Part shown: one piece after another, positions 1-9,482 of the stretch
Numbering within the stretch: position 1 is the first letter of the stretch
Layout: each line of letters starts with the position of its first letter
Source: an uncultured Chitinophaga sp.
Lineage (GTDB): Bacteria; Planctomycetota; Planctomycetia; Pirellulales; UBA1268
Assembly (NCBI GenBank): GCA_964567835.1
Contig: CAZMOU010000011.1
Span: 1 to 50,125, forward strand
Direction: 5' to 3'
Length of the DNA: 50,125 nt
Program-made: the position numbers and the translations under genes
The notes under the pieces: model-generated
The model's input: the letters and a program-made list of their open reading frames with translations, nothing else
Told to the model about the DNA's origin: nothing
Databases searched by the model: none

Positions 1-405
1 AGGGGAGCGGCGACGCGGACGCTCTCGTCGGCCGGCGGCCAGACGACGCTCGCCGCCGAGAAGGCCGCGGTTGACGACGTCACCGCGAAGACCACGATCG
101 ACGAGATCCTCGCCGTGACGCTGCCGCCGCGCGGCGACCGCGCGGGCGACTGGTCGGCCGGTCCCGAGCCGCTCCATCGCTGCGGCGAACCGCGCTGGAT
201 CGAGCCCTGTATCCCCCCCCCGCCCTGCCATCCGAGCCTTCCCCCCGCCCCGTTCGACCTCGTCGGGGTCGCCGGGGACCCGACCGCAGGCCCGATCTAC
301 CGCGGCCCCTGCTGCCCGCGCACCGGGACGCGGGACGACGGTCCCTGGCCCCATGTCCACCGCGTCGGCGACCGTCTGTTCGACGCCTTCTACCGGACGA
401 AGTGA
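1..405 (+). CDS. C-terminal fragment of a hypothetical Pro/Cys-rich protein (5' end outside window)
   Basis: Frame +1 is open from base 1 to TGA 403-405, with strong G/C at third codon positions. It ends ...CIPPPPCHPSLPPAPFDL...GPCCPRTG...DRLFDAFYRTK. No family recognised. Confidence 0.5.
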   Translation, partial: RGAATRTLSSAGGQTTLAAEKAAVDDVTAKTTIDEILAVTLPPRGDRAGDWSAGPEPLHRCGEPRWIEPCIPPPPCHPSLPPAPFDLVGVAGDPTAGPIYRGPCCPRTGTRDDGPWPHVHRVGDRLFDAFYRTK

Positions 406-520
406 TCCCCCGTCGGCCGCCGCACCGGCCTGTTGCCCGGGCCGGTGCCAGGGAGGACACTCTGTCGCCGATCCCGGCGCCGTGGGCGACGGCGGGGAAC
501 GGCGGGGAGGGTGCGACGTC

Positions 521-1609
521 ATGCGGGCAGCGATCATCGGAATCGGCGCGATCGCGCGGATGCATGCCCGGGCGATCGGCGACCTCGAGGGGGTCGAACT
601 GGTCGCCGGATGCTGCCGGACCGAGGAGAAGGGAAGGGCCTTCGCCGCCGAGTTCGGGTGCCGCTGGCACGCCGACGCCGCGACGATGCTGCGGCGCGAG
701 AAGCCCGACTTCGTCACCGTGGCCACGCCTTCGGGGGCGCATCTGGAGGCGGTGCGGGCGGCGGCGCGGCGCGGCGTGCACGTGATCTGCGAGAAGCCGC
801 TCGAGATCACGCTGCGGCGCATCGACCGCATGCGCGCGATCGCCGCGGAGGCGGGGATCGTGCTGGGGGCGATCTTCCCGCAGCGGTTCAATCCGGTCGT
901 GCAGACGGTCCACGCGGCGGCCGCCGCGGGGCGTTTCGGCCGGCTCGCGATCGCCGCGGCGAGCGTCCCCTGGTGGCGTGACGACGCCTACTACGGACCG
1001 GGACGCTGGCAGGGGACGGCCGCGCTCGACGGCGGCGGGGCCCTCATGAACCAGTCGATCCACGGCGTCGACGCCCTGCAGTGGATCGCGGGGGCCACGA
1101 TGCCCGGTCTCGCCCCGGGGGCGAATCCGGTGAAGCGGGTGGTGGCGTTCTCCGCAGTCCGGTCCCACGATCCCGGTCGGCTCGAGGTGGAGGACACCTG
1201 CGTGGCGATCCTCGAGTTCCGCGACGGCACCCTCGGCCAGATCCTCGCCGCCACGAGCGTCTTCCCGGGGCAGATGCGCCGGATCCTCGTCGGCGGCCGC
1301 GACGGCACCGCCGAGATCGTCGAGGAGCAGCTCGCCGACTGGCGCTTCCGCGAGCCGGCCGACGACGACGACGGGATCCGACTCCGCCTGGGGGCCGCGA
1401 GCACCACCACGGGGGGCGCCGCCGATCCGATGGCGATCAACTACGCCTGCCACACGCGCAACTTCGCCTCCTTCGTCGAGGCGATCCGGGCCGGTCGGGC
1501 CCCCGAGCTCGACGCCCTCGAGGGGCGCAAGGCGGTGGCGATCGTCGCCGCCTGCTACGCCTCGGCGCGGACGGGGCGGCCGGCGCTCGTGCAGGATCCG
1601 GACGTCTGA
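521..1609 (+). CDS. Gfo/Idh/MocA family NAD(P)-dependent oxidoreductase
   Basis: 362 aa from ATG 521 (GGGGAGG about 10 nt upstream). Rossmann start MRAAIIGIGAIARMHA and VICEKPLEI motif. The ORF-track extension back to 353 is Arg/Pro-rich and was rejected. Confidence 0.85.
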   Translation: MRAAIIGIGAIARMHARAIGDLEGVELVAGCCRTEEKGRAFAAEFGCRWHADAATMLRREKPDFVTVATPSGAHLEAVRAAARRGVHVICEKPLEITLRRIDRMRAIAAEAGIVLGAIFPQRFNPVVQTVHAAAAAGRFGRLAIAAASVPWWRDDAYYGPGRWQGTAALDGGGALMNQSIHGVDALQWIAGATMPGLAPGANPVKRVVAFSAVRSHDPGRLEVEDTCVAILEFRDGTLGQILAATSVFPGQMRRILVGGRDGTAEIVEEQLADWRFREPADDDDGIRLRLGAASTTTGGAADPMAINYACHTRNFASFVEAIRAGRAPELDALEGRKAVAIVAACYASARTGRPALVQDPDV

Positions 1610-1743
1610 CTGTCCGTCGAAAAAGTCATCCATGACCTTCTTCCACTGCGGACACCCCGCGAAAAAGCCGTGGCTTTTCGGTGGTGTCGACCGCCGCATC
1701 CAGCGGCGAAACACTCGATCCACAGCCCGGTGAGGGGAATCCG

Positions 1744-2577
1744 ATGCGCTACGCCATCTGCAACGAGACCTTCGAGGACTGGGCGCTCGACCGGGCCTGC
1801 GCCGAGGCGGCCGCCGCCGGCTACGCCGGGCTCGAGGTGGCCCCTTTCACGCTCGGCGAGCGGCCGACGGCGCTCTCCTCCGCGGAGCGCGATCGGATCG
1901 CCGCCACGATCCGTGGCGCGGGGCTCGAATGCGTCGGCCTCCACTGGCTGCTCGCGCGCACCGAAGGGCTCCACGTGACCTGCCCCGACGCGGCGGTGCG
2001 GAGGGCCGCCGTCGCGCATCTCGCAGCGCTCGCGGCGCTGTGCCGCGATCTGGGCGGCAGGGTGCTCGTCTTCGGTTCGCCGAAGCAGCGGAGCCTGGTC
2101 GACGGGACGACCCCGGCGGAGGCGCTCGACAGGCTCCGGGGCGTGTTCACCGACCTCGTGCCCGCGCTCGAGGCCACCGGGACGGTCGTGGCCCTCGAGC
2201 CGCTCGCGCCGAGCGAGACCGACGTGCTCGTCACCGCCGCCGAGGCGCGGGGGGTGATCGCGCGGATCGGATCGCCCCACGTCAGGCTCCACCTCGACGT
2301 CAAGGCGATGTCGGGCGAGGCCCGCCCCATCCCCGCGATCATCCGCGATTCCGCGGCCGATCTGGAGCACTTCCATGCCAACGACGCGAACCTCCGCGGC
2401 CCCGGGTTCGGACAGGTCGACTTCGGCCCGATCTTCGCCACCCTGGCGGAGGTCGGCTACGGCGGCTGGGTGAGCGTGGAGGTGTTCGATTATGCTCCCG
2501 GTCCCGAGCGCGCCGCTCGGGAGAGCATCGCCTACATGCGGGGGGTCGAGGCGGGGCTGGCGGCGGGCGGCCGCTGA
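1744..2577 (+). CDS. sugar phosphate isomerase/epimerase (xylose isomerase-like TIM barrel)
   Basis: 277 aa from ATG 1744 (GGTGAGGGGA upstream). The pattern MRYAICNETF...LEVAPFTL...LHLDVKAM...HFHANDAN...WVSVEVF is typical of the AP-endonuclease-2/xylose-isomerase-like fold. Confidence 0.8.
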   Translation: MRYAICNETFEDWALDRACAEAAAAGYAGLEVAPFTLGERPTALSSAERDRIAATIRGAGLECVGLHWLLARTEGLHVTCPDAAVRRAAVAHLAALAALCRDLGGRVLVFGSPKQRSLVDGTTPAEALDRLRGVFTDLVPALEATGTVVALEPLAPSETDVLVTAAEARGVIARIGSPHVRLHLDVKAMSGEARPIPAIIRDSAADLEHFHANDANLRGPGFGQVDFGPIFATLAEVGYGGWVSVEVFDYAPGPERAARESIAYMRGVEAGLAAGGR

Positions 2578-2636
2578 CACGCGCCCCCTCTCCCGCGCCG
2601 TCCCCTCCCACCACCGCGATCGAGGAGTTCCTCGCC

Positions 2637-4043
2637 ATGGCCGACCTGCCCCATTTCGAGTCGAAGGGGAGCCCGGTGCCGTCCGACGGCAAGCCGTGGT
2701 GGACGGGGATGAACCGCTACCACTGGTTCGTGCTCGTGGTGGCGGCCCTGGGATGGCTCTTCGACTGCCTCGACCAGCAGCTCTTCAACCTGGCGCGCAA
2801 GCCGGCGATGGAGACGCTGTTGGCGGGGGCATCCGGGCCGGCCGATCCCAAGGACGTGGCCTTCTACGGCGGCCTGGCAACCTGCATCTTCCTCCTCGGC
2901 TGGGCGACCGGGGGGCTGATCTTCGGGGTCATCGGCGACCGCTTCGGGCGCGCCAAGACGATGATGATCACGATCGTCATCTACTCGATCTGCACCGGCC
3001 TCTCGGCGCTCTCCCGTGGCTTCTGGGACTTCGCCTTCTACCGCTTCATCACCGGGCTGGGTGTGGGGGGGGAGTTCGCCGTCGGCGTGGCGCTCGTCGC
3101 CGAGGTGATGCCCGACCGGGCCCGGCCGCACGCCCTCGGCCTCCTCCAGGCGCTCTCGGCGGTCGGCAACTTCATCGCCGCGGCGATCGGCATCGGGCTC
3201 GGCGAACTGCAGATCATGAGCCACTCGGGCAAGCTCGCCGGCTGGGAGCCGTGGCGCTGGAAGTTCGTCATCGGGGCCCTCCCGGCGGTGCTGGCGCTCG
3301 TCATCCGTGCCGGCCTCGAGGAGCCGGAGCGCTGGCGGGCGCTCAAGGAGAGCGCCGCCAAGGGCGGCGCGTCGCTCGGGGGCTACGGCGCGCTGTTCGC
3401 CGATCCGCGCTGGCGGAGGAACGCGATCGTCGGCATGCTCCTGGCGTGTGCCGGGGTGATCGGCCTGTGGGGCATCGCGTTCTTCTCCATCGACCTCGTG
3501 CGGAGCGTGTTCCAGAAGCAGTTCGTCGCCGACGGCCTCTCGGGATCGGCACTCGCCGGCAAGCTGACGAAGTACCAGGGACTGGCGTCCATGATGATCC
3601 AGGTGGGTGCCTTCGCGAGCATGATGCTCGCGGCGCCGCTCTGCCAGCGCATCGGACGCAAGCCCTTCTTCGCGATCTCGCTCGTGGCGGCGATGCTCTC
3701 CACGGCGATGGTCTTCAGGTACCTCTCGCGCCCCTCCGACATCTGGTGGATGCTGCCGATCATGGGCTTCTGCCAGCTGTCGCTCTTCGCCGGGTACGCG
3801 ATCTACCTGCCGGAACTCTTCCCCACCCGGCTGCGGAGCACCGGGACGAGCTTCTGCTACAACGTCGGCCGGTTCATCGCCGCCGGGGGGCCCTTCCTCC
3901 TCGGGCAGCTCACCTCCGGCGTCTTCGCCACCTCCCCGGAGCCGATGCGGCCGGCGGGGCTCGTGATGTGCAGCGTGTTCCTCCTCGGGCTGGCGGTGCT
4001 TCCCTTCGCCCCGGAGACCAACGGCAAGCCGCTCCCGGAGTGA
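2637..4043 (+). CDS. MFS transporter
   Basis: 468 aa from ATG 2637 (GAGGAG upstream). Many hydrophobic helices and the MFS loop signature GVIGDRFGRAKTM. Substrate not inferable. Confidence 0.85.
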   Translation: MADLPHFESKGSPVPSDGKPWWTGMNRYHWFVLVVAALGWLFDCLDQQLFNLARKPAMETLLAGASGPADPKDVAFYGGLATCIFLLGWATGGLIFGVIGDRFGRAKTMMITIVIYSICTGLSALSRGFWDFAFYRFITGLGVGGEFAVGVALVAEVMPDRARPHALGLLQALSAVGNFIAAAIGIGLGELQIMSHSGKLAGWEPWRWKFVIGALPAVLALVIRAGLEEPERWRALKESAAKGGASLGGYGALFADPRWRRNAIVGMLLACAGVIGLWGIAFFSIDLVRSVFQKQFVADGLSGSALAGKLTKYQGLASMMIQVGAFASMMLAAPLCQRIGRKPFFAISLVAAMLSTAMVFRYLSRPSDIWWMLPIMGFCQLSLFAGYAIYLPELFPTRLRSTGTSFCYNVGRFIAAGGPFLLGQLTSGVFATSPEPMRPAGLVMCSVFLLGLAVLPFAPETNGKPLPE

Positions 4044-4058
4044 CGCCGGAGGGCTCGG

Positions 4059-4112
4059 CGACCGGGCCGAACCGCGGACCGTCGGGATGCGTACGATGCG
4101 TCGGCCCGGTCG
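4059..4112 (+). terminator. 12-bp perfect inverted repeat (CGACCGGGCCGA / TCGGCCCGGTCG) 16 nt after the MFS stop
   Basis: Arms at 4059-4070 and 4101-4112 with a 30-nt loop. A T-rich stretch (GCGTTTTGTT) lies about 20 nt further on. No canonical U-tract directly after the stem. Confidence 0.35.
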
Positions 4113-4200
4113 CGACCGGATGGGCCGTGCGTTTTGTTACAGTGTCGGGACCGGCCACCCCGGCCGGGTCGTCCGAATCGGAATAGGGAGATCCAGGAAG

Positions 4201-5052
4201 ATGCGTTGGGAAGGTCGTCGGCAGAGCGAGAACGTCGAGGATCGGCGCGGCATGGGCACGCCCACGATGGTGGGCGGGGGATTGCTCGCGCTGCTCCTGA
4301 TGGTGGGGCTCATGTTCCTCGGGCTCGATCCCAAGCAGGCCGCCATGATCGGCAACGGCCTCGCGCCCGCCCCCCGCGCCCAGGCGCCCGCCAAGCCGGG
4401 GAACGACGCCGGGGCCCGCTTCATCCGCACCGTGCTCGCCGAGAACGAGGACGTGTGGACCAAGCTCTTCCCCGCCAACTTCCAGGGGCGGTACGTGCCC
4501 GCGCGGCTGGTGATGTTCACCGGCCAGGTGCAGAGCGGGTGCGGCATCGCCAGCGCGGCGGCGGGGCCCTTCTACTGCCCGCTGGACCGCAAGGTCTACA
4601 TCGACCTCGCCTTCTACGACGAACTGAAGCGCCGCTTCGGCGCCCCCGGGGAGTTCGCCCAGGCGTACGTCATCGCCCACGAGATCGGGCACCATGTGCA
4701 GAACCAACTCGGCATCAGCAACAAGGTGCAGTCGATGCGCGCGAGGCTCTCGGAGCGTGACTACAACAAACTCTCCGTGCGCATGGAATTGCAGGCCGAT
4801 TTCCTCGCCGGCGTCTGGGCCCACCACGTCGCCCGGTACGCCGGCATCCTCGACGAGAAGGACATCCTCGACGCCGTCAACGCCGCCGCCGCGATCGGAG
4901 ACGACCGGATCCAGAAGCAGGCCCAGGGCTACGTCGTTCCCGACGCCTTCACCCACGGCACGAGCGAACAGCGGCAGCGCTGGTTCCTCTACGGGCTGAA
5001 AACGGGCGATCCGAAACTGATGGACCGGGCGTTCGAGGTCGACAACCCCTGA
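4201..5052 (+). CDS. ypfJ: YpfJ-family neutral zinc metallopeptidase
   Basis: 283 aa. Hallmark N-terminus MRWEGRRQSENVEDRRG, one TM helix, and an HExxH site (IAHEIGHHVQ). Confidence 0.85.
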   Translation: MRWEGRRQSENVEDRRGMGTPTMVGGGLLALLLMVGLMFLGLDPKQAAMIGNGLAPAPRAQAPAKPGNDAGARFIRTVLAENEDVWTKLFPANFQGRYVPARLVMFTGQVQSGCGIASAAAGPFYCPLDRKVYIDLAFYDELKRRFGAPGEFAQAYVIAHEIGHHVQNQLGISNKVQSMRARLSERDYNKLSVRMELQADFLAGVWAHHVARYAGILDEKDILDAVNAAAAIGDDRIQKQAQGYVVPDAFTHGTSEQRQRWFLYGLKTGDPKLMDRAFEVDNP

Positions 5053-5221
5053 TGGGGGAGCGGCCCGAGCGTCGAGCCGATCCCCTCTGTCGAGGGGATT
5101 GGTCGATGCCCCCCCGACAGGGCACTGGACAGGCCTGATGGGAACCGGGATTCTGTAAGAATCGTCGGCGTCCTTCTCCCGCGGCGCGGTGTCGGCCGAC
5201 TCCCGTCCGTCCGTGGCTGCC

Positions 5222-7174
5222 ATGCCCCTGCCGATCGTCTCATCCACCGTCGCGGCGGCCAGGGCCTGGTTGCGGGCGCGGCGCCCGACGCGGGAGTCGA
5301 TCGTCATCGCCGGCGCGCTGGCGCTCGTCTTCGGCGCGTGTTATCTCACGGCCTTCTACGTGCGCAGCGAGTTGCTGCTGCAGGCCGCCGACGCCCGGAC
5401 GATCGTGCGGACCATCGCCGGCGTCGTCCTCGCCAAGCTCGTCATCTTCTATTCCCGCGGCATCTGCCACCGGCCCGTGCGGACGATCCGCTTCGAGGAC
5501 CTGAGCAGCCTGGTGCGCGCCACGACCACCGCCCTGCTGGTGTTCGTGGCGATCAACTTCTACATGCCGCGGCTGATCCCGGACTGGCCGCAGATCCCGC
5601 GGACCGTGATCCTCCTCGATTGGGCCTTCACCGTCCTGGCGGTGGGGGGAATGCAGGCGACGGCCCGGAGCATCTACGACGAGTTGATGCCGGCGAACCC
5701 CGCCGGCCAGCGGCGCACGGCCCTGTTCATCGACGCGTCGCCCGACGGCCAGGCGATCGTCGAGGCGCTCGCTGCCCGCAACGGCGGCGAGTACATCGTG
5801 TCGGGACTGCTCGACGACGATCCCGAGGCCTACGGCCGGCGCCTCGTGGGAACGCGCGTCATCGGGACGATCGCCGACGCCGCCCCGTGCGCGGAGCGGC
5901 TGCGTGTCGCGGAGGTGATGGTCCGACGGGGGAGCGTGTTCGGGAGACGGCTCCGTGACCTGTGCGAGGCCTGCGCGGCGCTGCGGGTGCGGGTCGCGGT
6001 GGCGGAGCGATCCGGAGACTCGGGTGCGGCGGTGCGGGGCGTGGAACTGCGCGACCTGATCCCGCGGGTCGAGGAGACGTTCGAGCGCCACGACGAGGAC
6101 GTCCGGAGGTGGCTCGCGGGGCAGACCGTGCTCGTCACCGGGGCCGGCGGCACCGTCGGCGCCGAGGTCTGCCGGCAGGTGATGCGCTGCGCCCCGGCGA
6201 AACTCCTGCTGGTGGAGCGATCGGATCAGGCGCTCGCCGCCATCGACGCCGAATTGCGCGAGGCCGCCGCGGCCGCGGATGTCGAGGGCCCCGTCGTGGT
6301 GCCCGTGCTCGTCGACGTGGCGAAGGTGGAGCGGGCCGGCGACCTGCTGGCGGAGCACCGCCCCGGGATCGTGGTCCACGCCGCGGCCCTCAATCATCTC
6401 CCCATGCTGGAGGCGAATCCGCTCGAGGCCATCGAGGGCAACCTCTTCGCCGCCGTCGACTTCGCGGAACTCTGCCACCGCAACGGCGTGGCGTCGTTCG
6501 TCGCCCTTTCCACCGACAAGGCGGTCCATCCGACGAGCGTCATGGGCGCGACACGGCTGCTCGGAGAGAGGTTCCTCCAGTCGCTGGCCGCCGATTCCGA
6601 CACCCGCTTCGTCATCGCCAGGGTGGGCAACGTGCTCGGGGCGACCGGCAGCGCCGTGCCGCTGTTCAACCGGCTCCTCCGCCAACGGCGGCCGATCACG
6701 GTCAACGATCCGGGGATGGCCCGGCACTTCGTCACGGTGTACGAGGCGGCCCGGGTCGTGCTCGTCGCCGGCGCGATCGGGAAGTCCGGGGAGGCGTTCG
6801 TCCCCGACATGGCGCCCCCGATGCCGATCGTCGATCTGGTCGAGTCGCTGGCCTTCCTCCAGCGCATTCCCCGCGAGGAGGTCGAGATCCGCTACGGCTC
6901 TCCGCGGCGCGGTGAAAAGCTGGCGGAGGAACTCTTCTTCGAGGACGAGGTCCATGCGGTCGTCGCGGGCACCGCGCTCCACCGGGCCACGCGCCCCCTT
7001 CACCCCGTCGCCGGGATGCGGGAGCGCATCGCCGAGCTGAAGCGGGCCGTCGCCAGCGCCGACGTCGAACGGTCGGTGGCGGCGCTTTGGGACATGGCCT
7101 CCGACGAAGCCGACACACGGGCGACCGCCGGCCTCGGGCCCCGGGCCGACGCGAGGGGGGCTGCGGATGAGTGA
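5222..7174 (+). CDS. membrane-anchored polysaccharide biosynthesis protein, CapD/WbpM-type NDP-sugar 4,6-dehydratase (paralog 1)
   Basis: 650 aa if ATG 5222 is the start (GTG 5189 also possible). N-terminal TM helices, Rossmann VLVTGAGGTVGAEVCRQV, core STDKAVHPTSVMGATR. The stop overlaps the next gene by 8 nt. Confidence 0.8.
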   Translation: MPLPIVSSTVAAARAWLRARRPTRESIVIAGALALVFGACYLTAFYVRSELLLQAADARTIVRTIAGVVLAKLVIFYSRGICHRPVRTIRFEDLSSLVRATTTALLVFVAINFYMPRLIPDWPQIPRTVILLDWAFTVLAVGGMQATARSIYDELMPANPAGQRRTALFIDASPDGQAIVEALAARNGGEYIVSGLLDDDPEAYGRRLVGTRVIGTIADAAPCAERLRVAEVMVRRGSVFGRRLRDLCEACAALRVRVAVAERSGDSGAAVRGVELRDLIPRVEETFERHDEDVRRWLAGQTVLVTGAGGTVGAEVCRQVMRCAPAKLLLVERSDQALAAIDAELREAAAAADVEGPVVVPVLVDVAKVERAGDLLAEHRPGIVVHAAALNHLPMLEANPLEAIEGNLFAAVDFAELCHRNGVASFVALSTDKAVHPTSVMGATRLLGERFLQSLAADSDTRFVIARVGNVLGATGSAVPLFNRLLRQRRPITVNDPGMARHFVTVYEAARVVLVAGAIGKSGEAFVPDMAPPMPIVDLVESLAFLQRIPREEVEIRYGSPRRGEKLAEELFFEDEVHAVVAGTALHRATRPLHPVAGMRERIAELKRAVASADVERSVAALWDMASDEADTRATAGLGPRADARGAADE

Positions 7175-8324
7175 CGCCGTCGACGCGCGTTTGTTCCCGA
7201 CGTTCGACTCGATCGAGTCGGTGCTCTGGCCCGGGCTGGCACTGGCGGTGTTCGTGGTCACGGCGATCCTCGTCGACGTGATGATCATCCTGGCCACACG
7301 CTGGCACATCCTCGACCTTCCCAGCCGCCGCAGCGCCCACTCCCTCCCCACGGCGCGCGCCGGCGGGGTGCCGATGGTGGCGACCAGCGCGATCGCCAGC
7401 GCCATGGTCTGCGCTCGATGGCCGGATGCGACCGTGCCGGTGCTCTGTGGGCTGATCGGGCCGGCGCTGGTCGTTGCGGCGGTGGGATTCGTCGACGACA
7501 TCCGGCCGCTGCGCGCGCTCCTGCGGCTCTTCATCCAGATCGGCGTGGCGGTCGCGGTGGTGGCGGTGCTCGGACCGCTCCGCAGCGTCGTCTTCCCGGG
7601 GATCGGCACGCTCGACTTCGGGCCCGCGGCCTGGCCGCTGTCGCTCGTGTGGGTCGTGGGGATGATCAACGCCTACAACTTCATGGACGGCTCCGACGGC
7701 ATGGCCGCGACCGGGGCGATCGTCATCACCACCTTCCTCTGCGGGCTCGGGTTCCTCGTCGGGTCGCCGGTGCTGGTCCTCGTGCCGGCGTTCCTGGGCG
7801 CCGCGGCGGCGGGCTTCCTCGTCTTCAACTGGGCGCCGGCCCGGGTGTTCATGGGCGACGTGGGCAGCGCCTATCTCGGAGCGGCGCTCGCGGCCCTGGC
7901 GCTCGTCCCCGATGGCGCGAGCCGGGCGCTGGTGTTCCTGCCCATGCTCATGGCGATGTGGCCGTACATCTTCGATCCGTTCCTCACCGTCCTGCGGCGC
8001 GTGGCCGCGGGTCAGAATCCGCTCGTGCCGCACCGGGAGTTCCTCTTCCATCGCCTGGTGAGGGCGGGATGGAGCCATCCCTCGGTGGCACTGCTCTACG
8101 CGGCCCTCGCCGTCGCGGGGGGGCTCGCCGGACGCCTGCTCCTCTCCGACTCGGTCACTCCCGAGGTGCGCCGGTGGCTCCCCTTCGTCGTGCCGGTCAT
8201 GGCGGCGGGATTGGTCGCCTACGTCGACGACCACTTCCGCCGCTCCCCGGCGGGGGCGCTGGCGCGTGCCGCCGCGTCCGCGCCGCGACTCGCCGCCGCG
8301 CCCGAGGCCGCCAAGGCGGAATGA
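7167..8324 (+). CDS. polyprenyl-phosphate HexNAc-1-phosphate transferase (MraY/WecA/WbpL family)
   Basis: 385 aa. ATG 7167 lies inside the ATGAGTGA overlap with the upstream stop. Multi-TM protein with VDDIRPL and NAYNFMDGSDGMA motifs. Confidence 0.85.
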   Translation: MSDAVDARLFPTFDSIESVLWPGLALAVFVVTAILVDVMIILATRWHILDLPSRRSAHSLPTARAGGVPMVATSAIASAMVCARWPDATVPVLCGLIGPALVVAAVGFVDDIRPLRALLRLFIQIGVAVAVVAVLGPLRSVVFPGIGTLDFGPAAWPLSLVWVVGMINAYNFMDGSDGMAATGAIVITTFLCGLGFLVGSPVLVLVPAFLGAAAAGFLVFNWAPARVFMGDVGSAYLGAALAALALVPDGASRALVFLPMLMAMWPYIFDPFLTVLRRVAAGQNPLVPHREFLFHRLVRAGWSHPSVALLYAALAVAGGLAGRLLLSDSVTPEVRRWLPFVVPVMAAGLVAYVDDHFRRSPAGALARAAASAPRLAAAPEAAKAE

Positions 8325-8351
8325 CCGCCGACCCTTCCCCCGCCCGCGGTG

Positions 8352-9332
8352 TCAGAGCGTGTCGACGGGGCGCTGCGGGCAGGCGTCCGCCGCCGCGCCG
8401 GTCTCCACCTGGATCGTGGTGTGGGAGATGGCGAAGCGGCCACGCACCGCGTCCGACGCCGCGGCGAGCACCTCGCCCTGCCGCGCGGCGTCCGCCACCA
8501 CCAGATGCACGGTGAGGGAGATCTCGGAGGTGCTCGCGTTCCAGACATGGAGATCGTGCACGGCGGTGACGCCGGGCACGGCGGCCAGGCAGGCGGCGAG
8601 CGCGGCGGGGTCGATGTCGCGCGGCACCGCGTCGAGCGCCAGGTCGAGGCTCTCCCGGAGGAGCCCCCACGTCCCCACGACGATCGCCGCGGTGATCACG
8701 ATTCCGACGAGCGGGTCGATCCAGGCGAGTCCCGTGAGGCTGATGGCGATGCCCGCCGCCACCACGCCGGCCGACACCGCGGCGTCGGCGGCCATGTGAA
8801 GGAAGGCGCCCCGGACGTTGGCGTCCCGCGCCGAACCGCGCATGAACGACAGTGCGGTGAGCGTGTTGATCGCCACGCCGACGGCGGCCACGGCGATCAT
8901 CGTCGGACCCGCCACCGGCACCGGCTCCCGGAGACGGCGGACAGCCTCCACGGCGATGCCGGCACAGGCCGCGAGGAGGAGGAGGGCGTTGCCGAACGCG
9001 GCGTAGATCGTCGACCGGCGGAATCCCCACGTGTAACGCGGCGTGGGCGGACGGCGGGCGAGCCGCGACGCACCCCAGGCCAGCAGCAGGCCGACGACGT
9101 CCCCGGCGTTGTGACCGGCGTCGGCGAGGAGGGCGAGCGAGCCCCCCGCGACGCCGGCCGCCACCTCGACGGCGACGAAGGCGGCGTTGAGCCCCACCCC
9201 GAGCGCCATCGCACGGTCGAGGGCCTCGGGCGTCATCGCATGGGCGTGGTGATGGCCGTGGCCGGCGTGGTGGTCGCACGTGCCGTGGCGTCCGTCGCCG
9301 TGATCGTGGTGGTGTTCCACTCGGTTGGCCAT
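8352..9332 (-). CDS. cation diffusion facilitator (CzcD/ZitB-like) metal efflux transporter
   Basis: 326 aa. Start is CAT 9330-9332. His-rich N-terminus HHHDHGDGRHGTCDHHAGHGHHHAH, TM motifs LLADAGHNAGD and FLHMAADA, and a C-terminal cytoplasmic domain with HDLHVW. Confidence 0.85.
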   Translation of the reverse strand: MANRVEHHHDHGDGRHGTCDHHAGHGHHHAHAMTPEALDRAMALGVGLNAAFVAVEVAAGVAGGSLALLADAGHNAGDVVGLLLAWGASRLARRPPTPRYTWGFRRSTIYAAFGNALLLLAACAGIAVEAVRRLREPVPVAGPTMIAVAAVGVAINTLTALSFMRGSARDANVRGAFLHMAADAAVSAGVVAAGIAISLTGLAWIDPLVGIVITAAIVVGTWGLLRESLDLALDAVPRDIDPAALAACLAAVPGVTAVHDLHVWNASTSEISLTVHLVVADAARQGEVLAAASDAVRGRFAISHTTIQVETGAAADACPQRPVDTL

Positions 9333-9482
9333 CGCGCTGGCCCCGGAGGACGGGGAGGGAGTGGATCGGGCACCGGGCGTGTGTGCTACCATCCACCCCG
9401 GCCCGATGATACGCCGATTCCGACGCCGGCCGCGACGGGCCTGCCGGGGGGACGTCGTCGATTCCCAGGAGCGAGTGTGACC

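Noticed and set aside
1660-1680. Hairpin CGAAAAAGCC-GTG-GCTTTTCG between the oxidoreductase and TIM-barrel genes, a possible terminator
   Set aside because: Only about six base pairs, mostly A-U, with a bulge. The genes are co-directional and likely co-transcribed.
80-1723. 547-aa minus-strand ORF covering the first oxidoreductase gene
   Set aside because: Arg/Pro/Gly-rich nonsense composition. It is antisense to a gene with clear Gfo/Idh/MocA motifs. Long spurious antisense ORFs are expected in DNA this GC-rich.
1929-2636. N-terminal extension of the MFS ORF (ORF track starts at 1929)
   Set aside because: It overlaps the TIM-barrel gene in another frame. The hydrophobic MFS body starts after ATG 2637, which has a GAGGAG upstream.
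5080-5099. Hairpin ATCCCCTC-TGTC-GAGGGGAT after the YpfJ-type gene
   Set aside because: An 8-bp stem without a U-tract. It is plausibly a terminator but not strong enough to list as a feature.
5240-7669. 809-aa minus-strand ORF
   Set aside because: Antisense to the CapD-type and WecA-type genes, both of which carry strong family motifs.
8349-9482. N-terminal 378 codons of plus-strand ORF 8349-10604
   Set aside because: This part is antisense to the CDF transporter gene. The oxidoreductase Rossmann motif begins right at ATG 9483, which has an AGGAG upstream.
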